A DNA stretch of 39,230 nt from Pseudomonadota bacterium. GTDB taxonomy: Bacteria; Bdellovibrionota_B; Oligoflexia; Silvanigrellales; Silvanigrellaceae. The stretch covers positions 1-39,230 of the forward strand of contig JBDLRP010000011.1 in the NCBI GenBank assembly GCA_039799905.1, written 5' to 3'. Position numbers and translations under genes: made by a program. The notes under the pieces are model-generated. The model worked only from the letters and a program-made list of their open reading frames with translations. It was not told where the DNA came from and made no database searches. This document shows positions 17,704 to 27,091 of this stretch, in pieces; within the stretch, counting starts at the first letter, position 1, and each line of letters starts with the position of its first letter.

Positions 17704-19166
17704 GCCACAAACTCATCCCTGACGCCAAGTCCATCAACCTGCGGAGCGATGACCTGTCGATGCTCTCGGAGGTTGAACGTTCACTGGCGCTTGAGCAGGC
17801 CCGCTTGCAGTTGGAACAACGCTCACAAGGCGGCATGAACGCCTACCTTGTCAGTGTCGAGCTGATTGATGACGACCCTCAACAAATTCAAGAAAGCTTG
17901 GTTGAGCTCGGCAGTCTTGTGCGTTCGCTTGGCGACGAACCCGTCGGAGTGACGGTGCAAAAGCGCTCGCGCATCGTGCCGGCCACGCTGATTGGCACCG
18001 GCAAGGCCGAGGAACTGCGCAATTCGGCCAAAGAACTGAAAATCGATTACGTCGTTTTTGATCAGGAACTTTCGCCTTCGCAAGTGCGCAACCTCGAGCA
18101 AATCATCGAACGGCCGATTCTCGATCGTGCCGGAGTCATCCTGCAGATTTTTCGTAAAAACGCCAAAACCCGCGAGGCCAAGACTCAAGTCGAAATTGCG
18201 CATCTCGAATACCTCGCGCCGCGTATTTCCAACTCGTGGATCGCATTCGAACGGCAGCGCGGTGGCGGCTCGGGCGGCACCCGCTTGAAGGGTGCGGGCG
18301 AAACCCAACTCGAGCTCGACAAACGTCGCATCCGCGAAAAAATCGCGTCACTTCGCAAAGACCTCGAACGTATCCAGACCGAACGCAGCACCCAGAGGAA
18401 ACTGCGCTCGGAGGAATTCAACGTTGTGCTGGTGGGCTATACAAACGCCGGAAAGACAACCCTTATGAACGCTCTGACGGACAGTCATCTGTCTGCCAAA
18501 GACGCGCTTTTTGAAACCCTCGATTCAGCGGTGCGCACGCTCAAGGGTTCGCACAATCCGCGCGTGCTGGTCACCGACACCGTTGGCTTCATCCGCAGCA
18601 TCCCGCATGGCTTGGTTGCAAGCTTCCGATCGACGCTGCAGGAGGCAGCACGCGCGGATTTGCTGATTCACGTCGTTGATGTCAGCCATCCGCGCTACAA
18701 AGACCACATCCGTGTGACCGACGACGTGCTCAAAGAAGTTGGTGCCGGAGACGTCGACCGCATGTACGTCTTTAACAAAATCGACTCGCTGAAAGGCGAA
18801 CCGCGGTTGGCAAAAATTCTTGCGCGCGCCTACAAAAACGCAGTCTGCGTCAGTGCACAACAACCCGACGACATCCGCAAGCTGCGCGACGCGCTGATGG
18901 AATACTTCAGCCGCAATATGCTCGAAATTTCCCTCAATGTTGCATACGACGACAGTTCCCTTATGGGGCATATCTATGCGCACTCACGCGTCATGGCCAC
19001 CGAATGGACCGATGCCGAAGCCCGCTTCCGTATCCGCATCTCGCGCGCCAATGCGCGCCGTTACTTTATAACCCACATGTCGGCTGCCGACTTGACCCGC
19101 TACGGACTCAACCAAGACGATGAAGATGAACACACCAGTGTCGTACCGGAGACGATGAGACCATGA
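17700..19166 (+). CDS. hflX: Ribosome rescue GTPase HflX
   Basis: IGTGKAEEL, LSPSQVRNLE, GETQLELDKR, GYTNAGKTT, DTVGFI and NKID. The TTG start overlaps the upstream stop. Confidence 0.96.
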   Translation: MSHKLIPDAKSINLRSDDLSMLSEVERSLALEQARLQLEQRSQGGMNAYLVSVELIDDDPQQIQESLVELGSLVRSLGDEPVGVTVQKRSRIVPATLIGTGKAEELRNSAKELKIDYVVFDQELSPSQVRNLEQIIERPILDRAGVILQIFRKNAKTREAKTQVEIAHLEYLAPRISNSWIAFERQRGGGSGGTRLKGAGETQLELDKRRIREKIASLRKDLERIQTERSTQRKLRSEEFNVVLVGYTNAGKTTLMNALTDSHLSAKDALFETLDSAVRTLKGSHNPRVLVTDTVGFIRSIPHGLVASFRSTLQEAARADLLIHVVDVSHPRYKDHIRVTDDVLKEVGAGDVDRMYVFNKIDSLKGEPRLAKILARAYKNAVCVSAQQPDDIRKLRDALMEYFSRNMLEISLNVAYDDSSLMGHIYAHSRVMATEWTDAEARFRIRISRANARRYFITHMSAADLTRYGLNQDDEDEHTSVVPETMRP

Positions 19167-19519
19167 CAAATCAACAAATCCAAACAATTGCACCGGCTGT
19201 CATCGGCGACAAAACCGTGCCCGAGAGCATTCATGAAAAGACACTCGAGTTGAGAGAAGTAGAAACCAGACTGGGTCATTTGCCCGCTGAAACATGGGCC
19301 GTTTCGGATCTGCACAAGCGCTTCAGCGATCCTACACAGCTCTCGCACACGTCGTTTTTGGAGCAACGCACCGATCAGCTGTTTCGTGAAATCGCAGGCG
19401 AGCTGCATGATCTTGGTTGGACGCTTGCCGAAATTGTTCAGGCCATCAACTCGGTGGTCTGCTATTCAGGCGGTCCCAAATACTGCAACGAACAAGAGGT
19501 TGCAGAGGTCCTCGGATGA
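19163..19519 (+). CDS. Hypothetical protein (118 aa) coupled between hflX and murB
   Basis: ATGA overlaps with both hflX and murB. No family recognised. Confidence 0.75.
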   Translation: MTNQQIQTIAPAVIGDKTVPESIHEKTLELREVETRLGHLPAETWAVSDLHKRFSDPTQLSHTSFLEQRTDQLFREIAGELHDLGWTLAEIVQAINSVVCYSGGPKYCNEQEVAEVLG

Positions 19520-21174
19520 CATCGGAGCGCATTCCGGAATCCATTGTTGGATCGAAGGCTGTTGCCTCGATCACCTACTACGGCATCGGCGGGCACGCAG
19601 AGCATTTTGCACAGCCCCGCTCACTGCGTGAATTGATTGATTGCATCGAGTGGGCCAAAGCAAAGCAACTTCCGATTGCGTTGTTCGGTTGCGGGAGCAA
19701 TTCTTTGCTCGCCGATGGTCCTTTCAACGGGCTCGTCCTGACCCTGTCGCAGATGACCGCCTGTTATTGGGAAACCGAGGACATTCTCTACGCCGAAGCA
19801 GGCGTCAGCAACACTGAAATTGCGGAAATCTGCTTGGATGCCGGCCGCAGCGGCGCAGCGTGGATGTACCGCATGCCGGGTCATCTGGGTGCCACAGTGC
19901 GCATGAATGCGCGCTGTTATGGAGGAGAAATTTCGCAAATCTGCGAAGAGGTTTTCACCCTCGATCTGCAAGGCAGGCTGCGCGTCTACCGCGGCACCGA
20001 TGTGTTTTACGGATACAAGAAAACCCTCCTGATGGACACTCCTGAGGTGGTCGTCGCTGCGCGACTGAGGCTCTCAGAAAGTGCGGAACACGCGTCCATT
20101 CTCAATATCATGCAGTCATGTGAGGCGGACAGACACCGCAAGCATCACTTTGATTTGCCAAGCTGCGGTTCAACCTTCAAAAATAATTATCAGGTCGGCC
20201 GCCCGAGCGGACAGGTGTTTGATGAATGCGGACTCAAGGGAGCGCGCATCGGTCGCTCCGAAGTCAGCCAGTACCACGCCAATTTTGTGTGGAATCTGGG
20301 CGGCGCGAGCGCACGCGACATGCTGTCGCTGGCGGCGCACATGCGCGAACGCGCCCTGACGATGCGTCATGCAGATCTCGAACTTGAAGTGCAGCCCGTG
20401 GGGCTGTTTGATGATCCTCTGTTTTCAGCCTGTGCAATGAACAAACTCGGCCCTTCCGTGAGTGAAGGAAATTCGCATTGGGTCGGGTTGCTATGGCATC
20501 CGGCGAGCGTACAGCAAAAAGAATCGCTTCCGGATTTTCCGCATTCACTTCTACAATCCCCGTTCCAACACTATTTCCGAACTCCCCTGTCTGGCCAACC
20601 CGACGTCCGCGTCGAACTCACCCAACTGATGAGTTTGAGCGATGCCGAGCTTCAACCTGACCGACCGTTTTTGCGCTGGGAGACAATCACTCCAAGTGCC
20701 GAGCACACCAGCAGGCTCTTTCAAGTACGCCCGCAGTCGCCGGTCGGATTTTTGGATGAATTGTGGAACTACAGTGTGAGTGAATTGTTTGTCGCGCACG
20801 GAAACGCCGACAACGGAGAGTACTACGAATTCGAAATGACCCCCGACGGACACTGGATCGCCATTGCATTTGATGCTCCGCGCAAACGCAAGGCCGAACA
20901 CACACGTCCCGACAAACATCACTGGAACGGTATTTCAATCAAGCAAGGACAAACAAAATTCTCTGCGGAATTCAGCTATAGCCTGCTCAAACCACTGATT
21001 CATCTGGGCCAATTGCGAATACAGGCGTGTCTGAGTCTGGGCGGTGAAGGCTGGTATCTGGCACCCCATTGGTCGCCGTCCGGCAGCCCAGAGTGCTGGG
21101 ACACACAACATAAACCCGATGTCAAACCAGATTTCCATCAGCCGCAGCGCTTCTGGCGTGTTGCATTGCACTGA
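19516..21174 (+). CDS. murB: UDP-N-acetylenolpyruvoylglucosamine reductase MurB fused to a C-terminal DOMON-like domain
   Basis: GCGSNSLL, MPGHLGATVRMNA, PSCGSTFKN, HANF and LELEV. The C-terminal LWNYSVSELFV...YYEFEMTPDGHW...PDFH pattern is DOMON/CBM9-like. ATG 19516 overlaps the upstream stop. Confidence 0.9.
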   Translation: MTSERIPESIVGSKAVASITYYGIGGHAEHFAQPRSLRELIDCIEWAKAKQLPIALFGCGSNSLLADGPFNGLVLTLSQMTACYWETEDILYAEAGVSNTEIAEICLDAGRSGAAWMYRMPGHLGATVRMNARCYGGEISQICEEVFTLDLQGRLRVYRGTDVFYGYKKTLLMDTPEVVVAARLRLSESAEHASILNIMQSCEADRHRKHHFDLPSCGSTFKNNYQVGRPSGQVFDECGLKGARIGRSEVSQYHANFVWNLGGASARDMLSLAAHMRERALTMRHADLELEVQPVGLFDDPLFSACAMNKLGPSVSEGNSHWVGLLWHPASVQQKESLPDFPHSLLQSPFQHYFRTPLSGQPDVRVELTQLMSLSDAELQPDRPFLRWETITPSAEHTSRLFQVRPQSPVGFLDELWNYSVSELFVAHGNADNGEYYEFEMTPDGHWIAIAFDAPRKRKAEHTRPDKHHWNGISIKQGQTKFSAEFSYSLLKPLIHLGQLRIQACLSLGGEGWYLAPHWSPSGSPECWDTQHKPDVKPDFHQPQRFWRVALH

Positions 21175-21228
21175 CCGTCGGGTCACAATAACGCTCTGAG
21201 AAGAGTTTTATTCACAACGGGTGCACAT

Positions 21229-22734
21229 ATGCTCAGCCTCGGACAGCGCAAAAGCATTCACATTCTGAAAGCCGGCACCGCGACCTGCACATTCGCACTT
21301 CTCGCATGGTCGACGTCCTGTAAGCCGCGCGCCTACAACGACAACCAGACACAGTCCAAAAATGGCCGTCCAACATTGAGTAAAACAGCAGAGGCGCAGG
21401 CGCAGTCACTGCTTCCATTTTGGCCGGTCCCACAAAACATCAGCGAAGTCCGAGCGCTGCCAATGGTCACAGCTCTCGGTGTCAGCACCCAGACATGGCA
21501 AAAGCTTTTGTCGGAGGCGCTGAGCGACAGCACCGGACGAACGATGACTTTGTCGAACCCCGAGTGCGCCCTCTCAGCCGACTCTTGGCGGATTTCAGCG
21601 GCCCGACTGGCCCTGTATGAAATCGATCTCCCCGGCAGTGTGACTTCGTGGCAGACTTTTGCGTTGCAACGGGAAACCGATCTCTCGCAACGTGTGCAGC
21701 TGCATGTCAGCATTCAGCCATGGTGCACCAGCCAACGTTTGGGACGCGGCGACTTTATTCACACGCTTGATCATGCCTTTTTGCTCACGTTTGACCTCAG
21801 CACTCAATTTTTATCCAAAAACTACCTGAGCTGGCTCGAAGAATTGCTCAACAAGAGCAATCAGCAAGACGCCCTCACCACGCTACCAGAGAACAAGGTC
21901 CTGCCATTTGCCCGAGCTTTGCTCGACGTGAATGACGGCCGCCTGGGCCGGTCTGAGATCTTGCGCGCTTGGAATCAGGCTCTGCTTGTAAAAGAGCTCA
22001 CATCACGGTCGGCCCTGCCCTCGGCCGGCTGGACGTTCTATAAGCAACAAACCTCGAACGGGCAGATGCTCGCTCAGCAGGCAGATGGCAGCGGCGAGCT
22101 TTCACATCCGGCCCTCAAGGCATCTTCCATCGCGTTGAACAACTTTTTCAATACCTTTGTCTCGGAAAAGAACCTCATCCGCGTGCGTGCTCACGTCACC
22201 GAGGGTCTCGGGTCTTCTCAGCGCTTTCTCCGTTGGGAACGGCAGGAAAGCAAAATAGTACGTTTCCCGATGCAAACCGTCGCGTCTCAGTGGGACCGCT
22301 CGGCGCGTACCGTAAGTCTTAACCCGTTGCTGAGCTCGCCGCAAAAAGTGGTGAGTGTCGGAACCGAACAACCCGTTGCAGGACAGCAAAAATCTCAGCT
22401 GCTGCGCGACGTCGATCTCGAGGCCACGCCACTGGCGAATGATATTGCAGTTCCCGAACTGCTTTCCCTGAACGATAAAATTGTGGATTCCGAGCGAACA
22501 TCAGTACATTCAACTCGCTGCGTCAGCTGCCACGGACTCGATGATGCATTGCGCATGGCGCGTGATGGACGTCCTGTTTCGCAACGCGGCATAGCTCCGG
22601 CGCAACTCACTCTGTTTGGCGTCAGCGCGGACGGGAAGCAAGTGACTAACACCAGAACCATGCGCGCCGCCGAAGGCGATGCGCGCCGTAACGAAGAAGA
22701 AGCCATCAATGCCCGACAGCCTGCCCAACGATAA
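21229..22734 (+). CDS. Lipoprotein with a single C-terminal c-type heme motif (CVSCH)
   Basis: Lipobox-like LLAWSTS-C(KPR). CVSCH at 22519-22533. Confidence 0.75.
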   Translation: MLSLGQRKSIHILKAGTATCTFALLAWSTSCKPRAYNDNQTQSKNGRPTLSKTAEAQAQSLLPFWPVPQNISEVRALPMVTALGVSTQTWQKLLSEALSDSTGRTMTLSNPECALSADSWRISAARLALYEIDLPGSVTSWQTFALQRETDLSQRVQLHVSIQPWCTSQRLGRGDFIHTLDHAFLLTFDLSTQFLSKNYLSWLEELLNKSNQQDALTTLPENKVLPFARALLDVNDGRLGRSEILRAWNQALLVKELTSRSALPSAGWTFYKQQTSNGQMLAQQADGSGELSHPALKASSIALNNFFNTFVSEKNLIRVRAHVTEGLGSSQRFLRWERQESKIVRFPMQTVASQWDRSARTVSLNPLLSSPQKVVSVGTEQPVAGQQKSQLLRDVDLEATPLANDIAVPELLSLNDKIVDSERTSVHSTRCVSCHGLDDALRMARDGRPVSQRGIAPAQLTLFGVSADGKQVTNTRTMRAAEGDARRNEEEAINARQPAQR

Positions 22735-22945
22735 GCACATTCAGTTTGACACGCTGACGAACCAACAACGCCATGACATCAAGGCAGCGCTGCTGTCGAT
22801 CAAATGGTCGGCCGAACTGCTCAAACCGCCAGACGGCTCGCAACCCCCGTGTGAGCTCATCTCAGATCAGCTCACACACGCCTTCGAAATATTGCGGCCG
22901 CTCGTCGAACAGATCCTTACTGCGAAAGGAACAGGCAGCGAATGA
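22709..22945 (+). CDS. Small stand-alone HisKA (DHp)-like protein
   Basis: RHDIKAALLSIKWSAELLK resembles an H-box helix and is followed by a second helix. It overlaps the upstream gene and has an ATGA overlap with the response regulator. Confidence 0.6.
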   Translation: MPDSLPNDKHIQFDTLTNQQRHDIKAALLSIKWSAELLKPPDGSQPPCELISDQLTHAFEILRPLVEQILTAKGTGSE

Positions 22946-24405
22946 TTTCTCTTTTTCATCTTGATGACGATGCATTATTTTTGCATCGCTGCGCGCAGGC
23001 ATTTCGTAACTCACCGCATGCGGCGCACGTCAATTACACTTCGGTACGTACTGCCGATGACTTTCGCAAGGAATTTGCCGCAGCACGACCAACTGCAGTT
23101 CTGCTCGACCTGAGCTTCGGCGGACATGCACTGCGCGGAATCGAAATTCTCAAGGAAATCCGTGGACAGGGTTACAACGGCACAGTGATAATGATGTCAG
23201 CCCTGAGCTCTTCGGACGTCATTATGGAATGCATCCGCGCCGGTGCAAATGACTTTCTCTCCAAAGGACTCGACGAATCGGAAATGACCTTCCGAGTCGC
23301 CCGACTTTTGCAGAGCAGCCGAGTCGATCCTTCCTCCGGAGAGCCGGCTGGTCCGATACTCCCCGCACATGTGAGCGGGCGCTCTCTCCGCGAGGTTCAG
23401 CAGCGTCTCAACCGCATCCGCAATTCAACGGTTAAAACCCTTCTTGTGTCTGGAGAGAGCGGCACCGGCAAGGAAATGGTGGCGGAAATTTTACGTCTGC
23501 AACTCCCACAGGGAACGCCTTTTGTTTCGGTGAACTGTGCCGCACTGACACCGTCGGTCGTCGAAGCTGAAATATTTGGTTACGAAAAAGGTGCCTTTAC
23601 TGGCGCCAACACTTCAAAAATCGGCCTCTATGAAGCAGCCGATGGCGGCTGGTTGTTTCTTGATGAAGTGGCGCGTCTCAGCCCGTCCGCTCAGGCAGCA
23701 CTGCTCAGGGCACTCGAAAACGGTGAAGTTCGGCCTGTCGGAAGTACCCGGACTAAAAAGGTAAACGTACGAGTTGTTGCAGCCACGAATGAACCGCTCG
23801 ACACAATGATCGATCGCGGAGAATTCCGTGCGGACCTGCTCACACGCCTGCGCGGCTACGAGATCTGCCTGCCGCCACTGCGCGCACGCAGCCATCAGGA
23901 ACGGCAGGAAATCATCGAATCTCTTTTGTCGCGACTCAACGAGTCGCTCGGCTTGGACGAACAGGAGTACCGCATCGCATCGAGTTGCCTTTCAGTGCTG
24001 ACAGATCTTCCTTGGTCACAGGGCAACGTGCGCGAGTTATGGCAGACTCTTCAGGCCATGAGTGTCGATGCAACCGACGGGGTCATTACGCTTGAGCACC
24101 TTCCCAAACGCTATCTGGATGCGCGTGCCAAGGCAGCTCCCAGCGTCCCCAATCAACCTGAAGACATCGCACAGCTCGAAAAAGACTTGCCGGCAGACTC
24201 ACCTCGGCGCCTGTCCGCCGTTCTCAGGCCGAGCTTTCCCTGCAACTTTGAGGGAATGGTGGATGTCATATTCGAACACGTTTACGCCCAGCTGTGCAAA
24301 TCACTGGGCGACGAAACACCCAGTCAGCGGACCGTCGCACAGCTGATGAATATCAGCCGCCACGAGGCTGCTCAGAGGGTGGCCCGTCTGCAAAAGACTC
24401 CTTAA
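22942..24405 (+). CDS. Sigma54-dependent NtrC-family response regulator (REC-AAA+-HTH)
   Basis: REC (HLDDD...LLDLS...MMSA...FLSKG), GESGTGKE, GAFTGA, LFLDEV, GNVREL and a C-terminal HTH-like segment SQRTVAQLMNISRHEA. Confidence 0.95.
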   Translation: MISLFHLDDDALFLHRCAQAFRNSPHAAHVNYTSVRTADDFRKEFAAARPTAVLLDLSFGGHALRGIEILKEIRGQGYNGTVIMMSALSSSDVIMECIRAGANDFLSKGLDESEMTFRVARLLQSSRVDPSSGEPAGPILPAHVSGRSLREVQQRLNRIRNSTVKTLLVSGESGTGKEMVAEILRLQLPQGTPFVSVNCAALTPSVVEAEIFGYEKGAFTGANTSKIGLYEAADGGWLFLDEVARLSPSAQAALLRALENGEVRPVGSTRTKKVNVRVVAATNEPLDTMIDRGEFRADLLTRLRGYEICLPPLRARSHQERQEIIESLLSRLNESLGLDEQEYRIASSCLSVLTDLPWSQGNVRELWQTLQAMSVDATDGVITLEHLPKRYLDARAKAAPSVPNQPEDIAQLEKDLPADSPRRLSAVLRPSFPCNFEGMVDVIFEHVYAQLCKSLGDETPSQRTVAQLMNISRHEAAQRVARLQKTP

Positions 24406-24457
24406 GCCTGTCCGTAGAAGTTCCAGTGACGACGTGTATCGATGGAGAGAGAGAATC

Positions 24458-25465
24458 ATGAAACAAATTCGAATCATTCCAGCCACAGTCATCGTCGCCT
24501 CTCTCCTCTTCGCAACTTCCGCATGCAAACAGAGGACTTTTTCAAACAACAAATCCGGAGGAGTCGTCAATCCCGACGCACCTCAGGTCTGTACCGAAAA
24601 ACTCGACAAAGATGCTCCCTATTCTGCTGGTGAATTTAAGAAGAAGCTCGTCGAGGCCTTTCACAAGGCCGTGAAAAGTGGAAACCTCAGGGAAGAGAAT
24701 CTGCGCGACTTTTTATTTGCTGATGAGGTTGAGGCTGCGCTCAAGGGACAACTCGAAATCTCCATCGATGACTGTGCCCTCACCCGCACCATCAACGAAT
24801 CTCTGACAAAGCCTTCCTACTTTTACTGGCTCTCCGGCAACGGCCGCACGACCGAGGGAGGCATGACGCTCTATAAAGGCACTGTGTATGCGGAGGGCTT
24901 TTACCGTTGTCGTGCTGCCGGCGTCACCAGTGCGATTTTTCCACGCCGCGCATACAATCTTAAAGAGTTGATGACTCAACAGCCTTGGCTCGAATGGAAC
25001 AAGGAAACACGTTCATTCAATGCCCGTGTCGGCTCTCCTGTCGCCCGTATTGTACAGGCCATCCAAGAGGATCAGGGCAACAACTCTATCACCCTGCACC
25101 GCGGTACCAACACAGTTTATTCAGCCAAAGAAAAGGCTCTTGCGACAGCCAACAGCTTCCGCTTTGGAGATTTCGGCGGCATATTCACGACACCCTCTTA
25201 TGAAGCCGCAAAGGGATGGGCGAATCCAGTGGTGCTGAGTGCGAAAATTGATCCGGGCGATTTTATAAAGGCCGCCACAACTGCCAATCCGGACAAGGGT
25301 GATGTTCCGAGTATTTACGTCGGAATCGAATATAGCTACCCGGAAATTGCATTTCTGTATGAAGCTGGTGACAGCAGCAATTTATTCTTCAACTCTATCA
25401 GGGCAAAATGCGTTACAGAAAAAGCGCAGGGAGCTGATAAAAACTTCGCCCAGCCGTGCAAATGA
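24458..25465 (+). CDS. Lipoprotein with a putative C-terminal ADP-ribosyltransferase-like domain
   Basis: Lipobox FATSA-C. C-terminal TLHRGT, GIFTTPS and IEYSYPEI motifs. ATG 24458 follows GGAGAG. Confidence 0.6.
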   Translation: MKQIRIIPATVIVASLLFATSACKQRTFSNNKSGGVVNPDAPQVCTEKLDKDAPYSAGEFKKKLVEAFHKAVKSGNLREENLRDFLFADEVEAALKGQLEISIDDCALTRTINESLTKPSYFYWLSGNGRTTEGGMTLYKGTVYAEGFYRCRAAGVTSAIFPRRAYNLKELMTQQPWLEWNKETRSFNARVGSPVARIVQAIQEDQGNNSITLHRGTNTVYSAKEKALATANSFRFGDFGGIFTTPSYEAAKGWANPVVLSAKIDPGDFIKAATTANPDKGDVPSIYVGIEYSYPEIAFLYEAGDSSNLFFNSIRAKCVTEKAQGADKNFAQPCK

Positions 25466-25579
25466 CTTTTACTTTACAAAAATGCCGTCCAGCCGAAGAG
25501 AGTTTGCCGCAGATCCTCATTACAGCAAACGGTCGGCGGTAACAGGATTGTTTCAACGCATCAACGTCAGGGGTGAGCA

Positions 25580-26188
25580 ATGTCGAATGTCAGGTCCACG
25601 GGCTTTTTTCTTTCTTTATTCATTCTAGTGTCGGGCGCGGTTGGCTGCAAAAAGCCTCAAGGCGATCCGTCACAGGATTCCAATCCGGCATCCATCGAGA
25701 ACGTGACCGGATGTGAAGAAGGACTGGCACGATGGTTGTGTCGACCCAAATCTGAAATCTTCTTTGCTGTGCGGATTGACAATGATTATTGTTTTTACAT
25801 CACCCGATACGTCGGGAATTTTGGCGAAACCGATGCGCGGCACGTGGCCGATTTATACAGAAACAGCAAATTCACGACACAGTTCCCAAAATTCCAGCCG
25901 AAAAAGGTAGGCCGGAACTACATCCTTTCGAGCCTCAAGAATTCAATCGAACAATCGGGAGAGGACACTGCCTATCTCAAAAACAAGTATCTGGACGTTC
26001 TCAAGACCGAGCTCGATTATGCGGATAAGACGCCGGGCAAAGTCAATCTCAATGCGAAGTACGTTAAGAAAGTGGGCGACGTACACATCGAAGGGCTGGC
26101 AAATTGGACCGTTCAACTGATGCGAGAAGCCCCTCCCACCTCGGGACGGGCTTGTCCTCAGCCTCAGGACCTGCAGGGCAGTCGCTAG
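25580..26188 (+). CDS. Hypothetical lipoprotein
   Basis: Signal peptide with lipobox GAVG-C(KK). Four further Cys. GGGG/GAG precedes the ATG. Confidence 0.75.
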   Translation: MSNVRSTGFFLSLFILVSGAVGCKKPQGDPSQDSNPASIENVTGCEEGLARWLCRPKSEIFFAVRIDNDYCFYITRYVGNFGETDARHVADLYRNSKFTTQFPKFQPKKVGRNYILSSLKNSIEQSGEDTAYLKNKYLDVLKTELDYADKTPGKVNLNAKYVKKVGDVHIEGLANWTVQLMREAPPTSGRACPQPQDLQGSR

Positions 26189-26367
26189 GCCCGCTTCATT
26201 TGCGGGATCTGCAGAAGCTTTTCACACAGCAATCCTTGCGGCCTATTGTATGCAAACGGAACAATGCCGTAGAAACCCTGCGCAGCGAACGCCTGCCATT
26301 GGCGGGCATCGTGACCCCAAACCTGCCTGATGCCGAAGTGCAACTGAAAGATAAATTGGCGACCGCA

Positions 26368-26393
26368 TCGCAATGCTCAAAGCTGCATTGCGA
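26368..26393. promoter_or_regulatory. Perfect 9-bp inverted repeat upstream of a lipoprotein gene
   Basis: tcgcaatgc-tcaaagct-gcattgcga, followed by an AT-rich tract. Confidence 0.35.
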
Positions 26394-26432
26394 CAAATCA
26401 TATATTTCATTCTCTTAAGTTTTTTAATCATT

Positions 26433-27041
26433 TTGACGACCAATAAACGAGTTTTTGGTCGAGGGCCAATCATGATGATGTCTGCAGGCACCGCTTTAGC
26501 ACTCGGAGTGATCGTGTTTACAGGCTGCCGTGACGGAGAAACGGCTGCAGATGCCGACGCACAGGCGATCAAGCGCTACCAGAGCAACGGACAGTTCGTG
26601 ATAGCAGCACAAAAACCAGACGACATGTCGATTGTCGACGCCGGCAACAGACAGGTGTCTTTCCGCACCGCAACCGGAAAAAACGGAACCATCTCCTTCA
26701 TCAACAATGGCGAATATTACCTCATTTCCATCCGGCAGGCACTCGCCGACGGACTGGGGGCGTGGGTTTCAGGTCAGGCCATGCGTGATGTGTTTTTGAT
26801 ACCGAAAGTCAACGGACGCAAGGACCCCAATATCAGCGCCGCAAAGGCCGAAAACTGGAAAATTGAACGCATCGTTTCCGATTCAAAAAGTTTCGCAGAC
26901 ATAAAAGGGATCAAAATCTATTGCCCCACGCGCATTGAGTTTCGTAAAAAAGACGGCAAACCACACGTTTCAGAGTTTCCGGCGCGCGCAAATTGCGCAG
27001 ACGACATCAATGCAGACATTGCCTCAGTGACTTACAAATAG
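26433..27041 (+). CDS. Hypothetical lipoprotein
   Basis: ALALGVIVFTG-C(RD) lipobox. Start uncertain: TTG 26433 gives a basic n-region, ATG 26472 is the alternative. Confidence 0.7.
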   Translation: MTTNKRVFGRGPIMMMSAGTALALGVIVFTGCRDGETAADADAQAIKRYQSNGQFVIAAQKPDDMSIVDAGNRQVSFRTATGKNGTISFINNGEYYLISIRQALADGLGAWVSGQAMRDVFLIPKVNGRKDPNISAAKAENWKIERIVSDSKSFADIKGIKIYCPTRIEFRKKDGKPHVSEFPARANCADDINADIASVTYK

Positions 27042-27091
27042 ATACAGGTCTGCACGTGACACGTCACCGCTTAGAGTGCAACAATTAATGT

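Noticed and set aside
25492..25537. Nested inverted repeats (gccga/tcggc, gtttgc/gcaaac) between lipoprotein genes
   Set aside because: Short stems with no recognisable riboswitch or ncRNA consensus.
26357..26371. Possible sigma54 element TGGCGACCGCATCGC
   Set aside because: Only the GG and GC cores match; too weak in GC-rich DNA.
27051..27080. Short nested palindromes between convergent genes
   Set aside because: Two-nt loop and no clear U-tract; not a convincing terminator.
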